Shown: positions 55,446 to 63,729 of the stretch, one piece after another
Layout: every line of letters begins with the position of its first letter
Numbering within the stretch: position 1 is the stretch's first letter
Source: Longimicrobiales bacterium
GTDB taxonomy: Bacteria; Gemmatimonadota; Gemmatimonadetes; Longimicrobiales; Gaopeijiaceae
DNA length: 64,000 nt
Direction of reading: 5' to 3'
Assembly (NCBI GenBank): GCA_965206975.1
Contig: OZ242253.1
Coordinates: forward strand, 692,306-756,305
Translations under genes and position numbers: made by a program
The notes under the pieces: generated by a model
What the model was told of the DNA's origin: nothing
Seen by the model: only the letters and a program-made list of their open reading frames with translations
Database searches by the model: none

Positions 55446-56405
55446 CTACCGCCCGCCCTGTGCCGCGAGAAGGGCCCCGCGGTTCGCCTCCAGCAGATCG
55501 CGTGCCGTCGTGCCCGGCTCGCCGGTGATCTGGCGGAAGTGCGTGGAGAGTGTCCCCCCGGAGGGCGGCGCATCCCGCACCTCATCCGCCGGACCCGCCA
55601 CACTCACCTCGATCTCGACATCGCTGATCTCGCTCGCAATCGAGGCGAGCTCGCTCATTCGGATCAGGGCAGGACCCGTGATCTCGTAGACCCGGTTCTC
55701 ATGACCCTCGGTCATGAGCGCGACCGCCGCCGCGACCGCGCAGTCCTCCCTGGTGACATACGCCGTGCCAGGGTCTGCCGGGAGGACGAGCGCTCTCCCG
55801 TCCGCCACCATGCGGGCGGCCTCACCCACAAGGCGGTCGGCGTACCACTGATTCCTTAGGAACGTCCAAGCGATCCCGCTCTCCCGGAGCGCCGCCTCCG
55901 TCGCCCGGTGTGCGACAGCGATCGGCGACACGTTGTTATCCGCGTCTACGAAGGAAGTGTAGACGATGTGCTGGACGCCCGCCTCCACGGCCGCGTCGAT
56001 CGCAACCTGATGGAGCTCGGCCCGGCGAGCCGGGACGCGCGGATCCCGATTGTTGCTGTTCAGGCTGATCAGAAGGAGGCGGTCGCCCCCTTCGTACGCT
56101 GTATCGAGGGACTCGGGCTGAAGGAAGTCACCGAAGCGCGTGCTCGCACCGAGTGCCGCGTACCGCTCGAGCTCGAGCGGAGTGCGGCTCACCAGGATCA
56201 GGTTCTCGGGTCGTATCCCCCGGTCGAGGAGCTTCTCGACCACGAGCCCGCCGATCCGACCGGAGGCGCCCGAGACGACGATCCTCGGCTGGGGCTCGAT
56301 CGCCTGCGCGTGAGCCTCGGTGACCGCCCCCGTGAATGCGGCGAAAGCCAGAGGCGCCGCCGCGCGACGGACGAAGCTCGCCCAGGTCCAAGTCCCCCTC
56401 CCCAT
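55446..56405 (-). CDS. NmrA-like / SDR-family NAD(P)-binding protein with a possible Tat-type signal
   Basis: …IVVSGASGRIGGLVVEKLL… (Rossmann GxxGxxG). N-terminus: …WASFVRRAAAPLAFAAFTGAVTEAHA. Several in-frame ATGs exist (56405, 56414, 56441, 56450); 56405 has the best RBS spacing. Confidence 0.75.
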   Translation of the reverse strand: MGRGTWTWASFVRRAAAPLAFAAFTGAVTEAHAQAIEPQPRIVVSGASGRIGGLVVEKLLDRGIRPENLILVSRTPLELERYAALGASTRFGDFLQPESLDTAYEGGDRLLLISLNSNNRDPRVPARRAELHQVAIDAAVEAGVQHIVYTSFVDADNNVSPIAVAHRATEAALRESGIAWTFLRNQWYADRLVGEAARMVADGRALVLPADPGTAYVTREDCAVAAAVALMTEGHENRVYEITGPALIRMSELASIASEISDVEIEVSVAGPADEVRDAPPSGGTLSTHFRQITGEPGTTARDLLEANRGALLAAQGGR

Positions 56406-56596
56406 TGTCCCCATTCTCCTGTGCACGTCGTCCACTCCCATGGAATCCATCACACCGCCTCGCTCGATGAAGGGGCCCCCAGCTCCCGGGCGCCAGAGAG
56501 CCCGGCGCGGACATCGTCCGCGCCGGGCTCTCGCTAGCACCGTCCTTCCACCTTCGAGCGGTCAACCAACGGGCTCCGCTCGGGTGGTTCAGCTCC

Positions 56597-57979
56597 TTAC
56601 TGGTCCGCTGCGGGCCGGCTCTCCCTCTCCTGGAGTACGCGCTCCCGCTCAGCGATCATCTGCTCGAAGTCCACATCCGGAATATTGGTCATTCCGAAGC
56701 GAATATGAGCCATCTCGCTCACGCTCCTCCTCCCGTAGACCACCCACTGGTCTGGATCCGGGTTCGACGGGTTCGCCGCCGTATTGTCGAGAAGCGAGGT
56801 GGCGATGATCACCGTGCCCTTCGGGAAGAGGGGCTGCGCCCAGTCCTCGTAGATATGCGTCGTGTGCCAGAGGTGATTCCAGTCAACCTTGTTGATGACT
56901 TCCCGGCGGCCATCTGGATAGATCGCCTCCATCATCTGGTATCCGCCACGGAGGTGCATGTGGCCGCGGATGCTGTGCACCCGGACATTCTCGTCGAGCA
57001 CGAAGTGGCCTCGGAGCATCTGATAGCCGTTCGGCGGAATCAGAAGGTCCGTGTAACGCGGAAGACTCAAGTCCCGGCTCTCGCCAGAATTGAAGGACGT
57101 CTCGTCCCTCGTGGCGTACTTGGGCTCCTCACCCTCCGGGTAGAGCCAGACGCCCACCTGGATCTGCGCGTCCACAACCTCCCGGCCGATTGGATAGAGG
57201 TGCATCGAGAAGCCCATCACGTCGTCGGGGAGGAGGAGCTTCCCGGCGTCGGCGGGATACATGTCCGTCCGCTTTCCGACCGCGGCGGAGGAGAAACCCC
57301 CGCCCGGGCTACCGCTGTCTTCCGGCCGTCGAATGCTCGTGTTCGCGTGATGGAAGACGTATCCGCTCTCGATGTCCGCCGGCCTCGTTTCCACCCCGCG
57401 CACCCATCGGGGCTCCGTCAACGCCTCATTCATCACCTGGCTAATCGGAGCATCTGGCTCCCACCACTGGTCTCCGGTCGCGGCCGGGACGGTAAAGGGA
57501 GGCGAGCTGACAATCAGGTCCGGAGGGCCCCAGCCCTGCTCGTCCTCGAGCTGCCAGTACTCGTGCTCGCCGCGCCAGTCCACCACCTCTGGGAGGAGCG
57601 ACTCATCGCCCATCGGCATCCCGGAGTCCACCCACGTCGTGATTGTCTGGATCTCCTCGTCCGAGAGCGACGGGTCGTTCTTGAAGTCTTGGATGCCGAC
57701 CGTCCGGTCGAGGTACCACCCTGGCGGCATCATGCGGTTCACGACCGCTTCCTTGATCATCGGCGCCCACGGTCGCACCTGATCGTACGTCTCGAGCGCC
57801 ATCGGGGCGGACGTGCCCGGATGGTGACACTGCACGCAGTTCTCCGCCAAGAGAGGGGCGACGTCCCCGGCGTAGGTCACCTCCTGGGCACCCATCTCCC
57901 CTGGCAACGCGAGCGCCCCGGCGAGCGCGACCCCCGCGAGTGCCAGCCACACATTCTGATTCCCCCTGTCAGTACGCAT
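56597..57979 (-). CDS. Secreted mono-heme cytochrome c fused to a PHM/DBH-like (Cu2_monooxygenase-like) domain
   Basis: From ATG 57979: signal peptide; heme motif …LLAENCVQCHHPG…MMPPGW…; then ordered putative Cu ligands …YVFHHAN… (HH), …FSMHLYP… (H), …RGHMHLRG… (HxH), …SVSEMAH… (M). Confidence 0.7.
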   Translation of the reverse strand: MRTDRGNQNVWLALAGVALAGALALPGEMGAQEVTYAGDVAPLLAENCVQCHHPGTSAPMALETYDQVRPWAPMIKEAVVNRMMPPGWYLDRTVGIQDFKNDPSLSDEEIQTITTWVDSGMPMGDESLLPEVVDWRGEHEYWQLEDEQGWGPPDLIVSSPPFTVPAATGDQWWEPDAPISQVMNEALTEPRWVRGVETRPADIESGYVFHHANTSIRRPEDSGSPGGGFSSAAVGKRTDMYPADAGKLLLPDDVMGFSMHLYPIGREVVDAQIQVGVWLYPEGEEPKYATRDETSFNSGESRDLSLPRYTDLLIPPNGYQMLRGHFVLDENVRVHSIRGHMHLRGGYQMMEAIYPDGRREVINKVDWNHLWHTTHIYEDWAQPLFPKGTVIIATSLLDNTAANPSNPDPDQWVVYGRRSVSEMAHIRFGMTNIPDVDFEQMIAERERVLQERESRPAADQ

Positions 57980-57992
57980 CCGAACTCTCCGG

Positions 57993-58952
57993 TCAGTTGG
58001 TAACAGTGACTTCGACCCAACCATTGGTCCAGCAACAGTGATACTCGAAGCTATTCCTGAGCGTCTCGATCGACTGGACGAGCAGAATATACTCCCCCGG
58101 CGCCCCGAACGTCACGCTCGTAGTGCCGACGCCCTCGCTGTCGGTCAACGCGACCTGGATCTCGTCCTCGCTGAAGATCACGTCGCCCGGCCCTTGGTAG
58201 TGCATCCAGTAGAGCCAGCTTTCCGGCTCCTCGTAGAGCGTCTCCCCGGAATTCACCCAGACGGGGATCTCGAGTGGTTCGCCGACGCTCGTGGTGAGCG
58301 GACCGAATCTCGTGCCAGTGATCCCCTGTACCCACTCGTCGCCCGGGTCGAAGCGCACGAGGGGTGCGTACCCACTCGCCGTCCCCTGCAAGTACCGAGC
58401 CGGCGCGATCGGGTTCTCGACCATGTACGAGGGCGAGGTGATGTGCCCCGGGGTGGAGTAGGTCTGGCCGTGGTTCGTCAATGTCCAGACGACCCGGCGA
58501 TCTCCGAAGTCCGCGGGCACCCGGATCAGGAAGTTGTTCCAAGGCCGGCGGATGAACGGATGGATCTCCTTGAAGTACGTCGGCTGGCCCCCGTCGAACT
58601 CGGCCGGCTCGATGTAGTTGTTCGCCCCGACCGGGATGTGGAGAGCCTCCTCAAGGTTGAAGCTCGCGTACCCGAAGAGGAGGGTGTAGCTGCCGTCCTC
58701 GTTCTCGTACCAGCCCTCGAAGACGGGAACGATCGGACGCCCCGACGACCGCAGCATCTGGGGCGACCACGTGGGCGTGTTGGAGGGTTGGAGACGGAAA
58801 CGGTCGAAGTCTTCGCACACGTTGCGCGGATCTTGGCACACCTCGGGATCAATCTGAACCGGATCGATCTGAGCTTCGAGTGGCTGCCAAGACGCCGCCA
58901 CGACGATGACGCCGAGAAACGCTGTTACAGCTAGGTGCCGAGTTCGGTGCAT
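57993..58952 (-). CDS. Secreted hypothetical protein, co-operonic with the cytochrome c / Cu-monooxygenase-like gene
   Basis: From ATG 58952: MHRTRHLAVTAFLGVIVVAASWQPLEAQ…; beta-rich; C-terminus …FEYHCCWTNGWVEVTVTN. It ends 14 nt before the next gene's start. Confidence 0.65.
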   Translation of the reverse strand: MHRTRHLAVTAFLGVIVVAASWQPLEAQIDPVQIDPEVCQDPRNVCEDFDRFRLQPSNTPTWSPQMLRSSGRPIVPVFEGWYENEDGSYTLLFGYASFNLEEALHIPVGANNYIEPAEFDGGQPTYFKEIHPFIRRPWNNFLIRVPADFGDRRVVWTLTNHGQTYSTPGHITSPSYMVENPIAPARYLQGTASGYAPLVRFDPGDEWVQGITGTRFGPLTTSVGEPLEIPVWVNSGETLYEEPESWLYWMHYQGPGDVIFSEDEIQVALTDSEGVGTTSVTFGAPGEYILLVQSIETLRNSFEYHCCWTNGWVEVTVTN

Positions 58953-59305
58953 CGTGCTGTACCTTTCCCGCTGGCTCCGCGGCGCAGCCAAGGCGCCAGC
59001 GGTGCGTCCACCTTGAATAGAATAGCCCCGAGATTATAGCGAGCCCGTTCGCGGCGCGCAACACAAGTCCTGAGCGTAGGGCCAAGCCAAGGGCTCGCCC
59101 GGCACCGCGTCCCGGCCGGGCCTTTGCGCTCACGGCTTGTCACCCAATTCGGCCGGCGGGACGTCAGCCGATACCCCGCTTCAAAGCGGAAGCTGTCCCA
59201 ACCGTAGTTGAAGGTTCCTGAAAGGGGAGAAAGAAAAGTGGTGGCCCCGGGGGTCCCGGGCCGATAGGCTCGGGTAGGCAAAAACCCCAACACGGAGCCA
59301 CCACG

Positions 59306-60609
59306 ATGAAGAGAACGTACGAGGCAAGGGATCGGGCGGACAAGCGCGCGATCAGGGAGTTCCTGAAGCGGGAGGGGCAGTTTCTGCTTCCGCTGCTTGA
59401 GCTCGTGGAGCAGACGGAGGTCGCGATCGACGAAGTCATCCAGGTGATGGGACGAGCGACGATCGAAGCGGTGCTGGAGATGAGCGCCGAGGGTGTGGCA
59501 GGCGTGAAGCAGGCAGGTCGGTCACGAGCGGAAGACGACACGGCGTGGTATGGCCGGCAGGGTGGTGTGGTTTACCTGTCGGACCGGAAGGTGCGTGTGG
59601 AGCGGCCACGGCTCAGGCGCCGGGGCGCCGGGGAGGGGGCGCCGGGGAGGGTGGCGAGGTCGAGGTGCCGGCGTACGCAGCGATGCGGAGACCGGGCGCC
59701 GTGGCGGATCGGATGCTCGAGGTCCTGATGGCGGGGGTGAGCACGCGGAAGTACGGCCGTGTGATCGGTGAGATGGCCGACACGGTCGGGGTGAGCAAGT
59801 CGGCGGTGAGCCGTGAGACGGTCGAGGCCTCTGAGCGCGTGCTGAAGGAGCTGATGGAGCGCCGGCTGGATGCGTGGGACCTCCTGGTGATCTACCTGGA
59901 CGGGATCCGGATGGGCTCGCACCACGTGCTTGCTGCGGTAGGCGTGGACTCAGACGGAAAGAAGCACGTGCTGGGCGTGAGGGAAGGAGCGAGTGAGAAC
60001 GCCGAGGTGACCAGCGCGCTCCTAGAGGATCTGGTCGAGCGCGGCCTGGACCCGGGCAGGCGGCGGCTGTTCGTGATCGATGGCTCGAAAGCGCTCAGGA
60101 AGGCGATCGAGAAGGTGTTCGGCCAACGTCACCCCATCCAGCGCTGCCGCAACCACAAGCTCCGCAACGTGCTGGGTCATCTGCCGAAGGATCAGCATCC
60201 TCAGGTGAAGGCGGCGTTCCGGGCGGCGATGAAGCTGGACGCGAAGCAGGGCGAGCAGAAGCTCGAGCAGCTCGCCCGATGGCTCGAGCGCGACCACCCC
60301 TCGGCCTCGGCCAGCCTGCGCGAAGGCCTCAGCGAGATGTTCACGATCAACCGGCTCGGCCTCCCGCCGCGGCTGAGGAAGTGCCTGGGCTCGACCAACC
60401 TGATCGACAGCACCCACTCGGGCGTAAGACGGAAGACCCGCAGGGTGACCAACTGGAAGAACGGAGCGATGGCCTTGCGCTGGGCCGCGGCCTCGTTCGT
60501 GGAGACCGAGAAGAGCTACCGGAGGATCATCGGCTACGACCAGCTCTGGATGCTCAGGGCCCACCTCGACGACCATGAACCGGTTGCCGAAATGAGAAAG
60601 GCAGGCTAA
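59306..60609 (+). pseudogene. IS256-family (mutator-type) transposase interrupted by a 14-bp tandem duplication
   Basis: ORF 59306..59728 (…VRVERPRLRRRGAGEG) and ORF 59545..60609 (…GEVEVPAYAAMRRPG…LVIYLDGIRMG…FVIDGSKALRKAI…QRCRNHKLRNV…) are in different frames. Deleting 59639-59652 fuses them into one 429-aa protein. Confidence 0.85.
59625..59652 (+). repeat. 14-bp tandem duplication GCGCCGGGGAGGGG / GCGCCGGGGAGGGT inside the transposase gene
   Basis: Read directly: 13 of 14 positions identical. A partial third copy, GCGCCGGGG, lies at 59617-59625. Confidence 0.9.
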
Positions 60610-60979
60610 CCAAGAGACTCTCCGGAGCCACCACCTTCAACTGTCAGCGGGACACCATCAAAGCGGGGACTGACGTCCTCCGCGCAGTATCACGCCCGTG
60701 GCTGCCTGTGGGCGACTAGGGACGGCATCGCCCGGCCTCGGCCAGCTCCCGCGGCCACCCCCGTGCAAGTAGACGCCCGCGCCGGTCCCCTAAGTTGTGC
60801 ACACAACCTAAATGTAGTTGTGGTCCGAGACATGACATGGGCAGCGGGGCACAATGACGCGGAGCTCGATCCTGTGCACCGCCGGCTCGGAGATCTGCCC
60901 GCCACTCCCATGTGGGCCTTCGAGTCGATCGACAGACACCGCACCGCGACCCTCTGTCTCCCGATCTGGCACGTTGAAA

Positions 60980-61052
60980 TGGAGCCAACGGGATTCGAAC
61001 CCGTGACCTCCTGCTTGCAAAGCAGGCGCTCTCCCAGCTGAGCTATGGCCCC
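60980..61052 (-). tRNA. tRNA-Ala (anticodon UGC)
   Basis: GGGGCCA acceptor stem with a G3:U70 pair, anticodon arm CTGCT-TTTGCAA-AGCAG, T-loop TTCGAAT; 73 nt; CCA not encoded. Confidence 0.9.
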
Positions 61053-61534
61053 GCACTCGCTGCAGTCCCCGGAACAGTATTACCCGCGGAACGTCCCCGC
61101 GGCTCCGCGTGCCGGGCCTCGCCGCTCCCGATTTCGGGGCAGACCGCAGTCCCGGCTTGCAGCGACCCCCTCGGGCCCGAGCCGCCCGAAGACCATCAAT
61201 CTGCTATCTATGCCTCCCGGTTTCCACCGGTAGCGCACCCGGCGTTGATCGTCCCCCTCGGGATGCTCCCGGCCACAGTGAATCGCCGCGCGAGTCGGTG
61301 CAGCGTCGGACGGGGGGCGGGACCACCTCCCTCCTGCGGTTTTGACGCCGCGCCCTTTCCATTGAACATTTGAACATTGCCCGAGGGCCGCGCCTGACAC
61401 ATCCGACGGGTACTGGCGACGGACCATGAGTAGAGTGGACGTGATCCGTGATCGATGGAAGCGCCCACCCCCCATGACTAGGCGTGGGCGAGGGGCGGGC
61501 CGACACTTTCCACCAGCACCCGGGTAAGAAAGTT

Positions 61535-62047
61535 ATGAGACTTTCCGGCATATGGCTCTGCCTCATGCTCATCGGGTGCGCGTCCGCCGGTGGCAGCGGG
61601 GAGAACCCTTTTGCGTCGGCACGTTCGCGAGCCCCCCGGGACGGGCCCGTCGAGGTAAGGGTTGAGAACAACGCTTACCTCGACATGCACATCTACGTCG
61701 TCTATGCGGCCGGGCAGCAGCGCTCTCTCGGCATGGTGACGGGGCTAACGAGGCGCACCCTGGTGATCCCGGCTCAGGTTATCCAGACGCTGAGCGGAAT
61801 ACAGCTCTTCGCAGATCCGATCGGAACCGATCGGGGGTACGTGAGCCAGACGCTTCTGGCGTACCCCGGCCAGCGAATCCGCTTCACGATCCAGAACCTA
61901 CTCAGCCTCTCGACGGCCTGGGTTGAGGGGAGAATCGGGGGGGATGACGCGGAAGAAGCGGAGGACGACGACGAGGAAGGGGAAGCTGACGAGGACGAGG
62001 AGGAGGAAGCAGACGACGAGGTAGAGGTAGAGCCCCCGAACGGCTGA
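61535..62047 (+). CDS. Hypothetical lipoprotein with a poly-acidic C-terminal tail
   Basis: From ATG 61535: MRLSGIWLCLMLIGCASAGG… (lipobox). The tail reads …GGDDAEEAEDDDEEGEADEDEEEEADDEVEVEPPNG. Confidence 0.6.
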   Translation: MRLSGIWLCLMLIGCASAGGSGENPFASARSRAPRDGPVEVRVENNAYLDMHIYVVYAAGQQRSLGMVTGLTRRTLVIPAQVIQTLSGIQLFADPIGTDRGYVSQTLLAYPGQRIRFTIQNLLSLSTAWVEGRIGGDDAEEAEDDDEEGEADEDEEEEADDEVEVEPPNG

Positions 62048-62204
62048 CGGCCTCGCCGCCGGCCCCCGCATGGCCACCACCCGTCACAGGATTACGGTAT
62101 GACGCCCGAGCACCCAGTGCCCGGCGCGTCTTCGAAGGCCCCGCCCGACTTGCGACGCCTCACGCGGATTCACCTCCGGGTGGGATGGTGGTCCCTTCCT
62201 CGCG

Positions 62205-62567
62205 ATGCTCCCCGTCGGGATCACTCTCGAGACGCTGCACGGGTTCAAGGCAGGGTTCTACCTAGACGTATCTAACCGAACCCGGCGGCTGATGTGGACG
62301 CTGGCACACGCACACGGTACGCTCCTCTCGGTGCTGAATCTCGTCTTCGCGACCTCGATTCAACTCCTCCCCGAGTGGAACGGGACCGCCCGGACGCTCG
62401 CGTCACGGTGCCTCCTCGGGGCACTTGTCGTCATGCCCCTCGGCTTCTTTCTCGGCGGCGTCTACAGCCGGGGCGGCGATCCCGAACTCGGAATCCTGCT
62501 CGTGTCCCCGGGGGCGCTCCTCCTGTTCCTCGGGGTCCTCCTGACGGCAAGGGGATTGTCCCGCTAG
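62205..62567 (+). CDS. Hypothetical integral membrane protein (N-terminus may lie in another frame from ATG 62099)
   Basis: 120-aa ORF with three or more hydrophobic segments. An upstream ORF from 62099 (MTPEHPVPG…RIHLRVGWWSL) ends in what looks like the start of a TM helix, in a different frame. Confidence 0.5.
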   Translation: MLPVGITLETLHGFKAGFYLDVSNRTRRLMWTLAHAHGTLLSVLNLVFATSIQLLPEWNGTARTLASRCLLGALVVMPLGFFLGGVYSRGGDPELGILLVSPGALLLFLGVLLTARGLSR

Positions 62568-62641
62568 GTTCGACGCCCTTTCCGACGATCCGGTGAACCG
62601 CCAGGTGTGCGGCGGAACGTCCGGATCTCCATATTGGTCCG

Positions 62642-63481
62642 ATGCACCCCCGTCGTCTCGTTCTCCACGCCGCCTTCGCACTCCTCCCCGTGGCGGCCTG
62701 CCCTACTCTGCTGACGGCACAAAACGCTGCCCTGAGGGCAGAGGTCTTCGGCACGATACTGAATCGCCTCACCGGAGAGCCGGTCGCCGAGGCAAACGCC
62801 GTCCTCTCCCCGGAGGACGCGGAGGAGGAGTCGTGGACGGGAACCTCCGATGAGAACGGCCGACTTCGCACGCCTCTCCTCCCGCTCGGAACGTACGAGC
62901 TTGCAATCACGCTCACCGGTTATGCCACGCTGGAGGGGAGCGTCCACCTCGACGGACCCGGGGCCGTGGACCTCCGCGTGCAGATGGTCCCCGTCGACTT
63001 TGCGCTGGAGCCGGTTATCGTCGTGGCCGCTCGCCGCTCCCGCCTCGAGGAAGTGGGGTTCTATGAGCGTCTCCGCTTCGGAGACGGGCACTTCATTACC
63101 CGGGAGGAACTCGACGAGCACGCTCCCACAAACATTTCGGATGTTCTCCGAGGAGTTCCAGGAGTGAGAGTGCTCCCGGGGATCGGTCAGGCAAACCAGG
63201 TTCTCCTCCGCGGCAGCTGTGTTCCCCGAGTCGTCCTCGACGGGTTACTCCTCAGCGGTCCCGTCGACGTGGACAACCTCCTTCCCACCATTGACGTCGC
63301 GGGCATCGAGGTCTACCACGGCACCTCCGCTCCCATCCTCTACACGGGAGAAACCACCTGCGGCGTCATCATGCTCTGGAGCCGTACGCCTGATGGCGTG
63401 CAGGGGCAGCCTCATACGTGGAAGCGGACCATCATCATACTGGGTTTCAGCATCGTGACGATGCTGGGCTTCGCTCCCTGA
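62642..63481 (+). CDS. CarboxypepD_reg-like plus TonB-dependent-receptor plug-like protein lacking a beta-barrel
   Basis: Signal peptide; …FGTILNRLTGEPVAEANAVL…GTYELAITLTGYATLEG…; plug-like region …ISDVLRGVPGVRVLPG…VLLRGSCVPRVVLDGLLL…IDVAGIEVYHG…; it ends in the hydrophobic segment TIIILGFSIVTMLGFAP. Confidence 0.7.
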   Translation: MHPRRLVLHAAFALLPVAACPTLLTAQNAALRAEVFGTILNRLTGEPVAEANAVLSPEDAEEESWTGTSDENGRLRTPLLPLGTYELAITLTGYATLEGSVHLDGPGAVDLRVQMVPVDFALEPVIVVAARRSRLEEVGFYERLRFGDGHFITREELDEHAPTNISDVLRGVPGVRVLPGIGQANQVLLRGSCVPRVVLDGLLLSGPVDVDNLLPTIDVAGIEVYHGTSAPILYTGETTCGVIMLWSRTPDGVQGQPHTWKRTIIILGFSIVTMLGFAP

Positions 63482-63566
63482 GGCTTCGCTTCCGCCACCG
63501 CGAGGCGGCCTCGGCTCCCCCTTCCCATACCTGGGCGACTTTTCCCCGTAGCGATAGCATGAACGA

Positions 63567-63596
63567 AGCCCCCGGGTCCGATCGGACCCGGGGGCT
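63567..63596 (+). terminator. Perfect 13-bp GC-rich hairpin (AGCCCCCGGGTCC-GATC-GGACCCGGGGGCT) downstream of the plug-only gene
   Basis: Read directly. It lies about 85 nt past the stop at 63481 and is followed by CCTTGC (poor U-tract). Confidence 0.4.
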
Positions 63597-63729
63597 CCTT
63601 GCTACCCCTCCTACGACCCGCAGAAGGCCTAGCTCGCATTTCTCAAACCAATAGGACGGCACCGGCCTTCGGGGGCTGTTAAGTTTAGTTAGACCAATAA
63701 CTTATCCGGCAGCCACACCGGGAGGACCG

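Larger units (their letters stand above)
59159..60678 (+). mobile_element. IS256-family insertion sequence (about 1.5 kb) with long imperfect terminal inverted repeats
   Basis: The left end GGACGTCAG…CCCCGCTT…TGTCCC…AGTTGAAGGT is mirrored at the right end (reverse complement of 60620-60678). It encloses an IS256-type transposase. I could not find a target-site duplication. Confidence 0.8.

Noticed and set aside
59545-59728. Overlapping transposase ORFs as an IS3-like programmed -1 frameshift
   Set aside because: The protein is IS256-type (normally a single ORF). There is no slippery A-AAA-AAG-type heptamer. The frame offset is fully explained by a 14-bp tandem duplication.
60763-61041. 92-aa ORF overlapping tRNA-Ala, and the neighbouring minus-strand ORFs 60690..60988
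   Set aside because: They overlap a well-folded tRNA or have poor composition. There is no start context or family resemblance.
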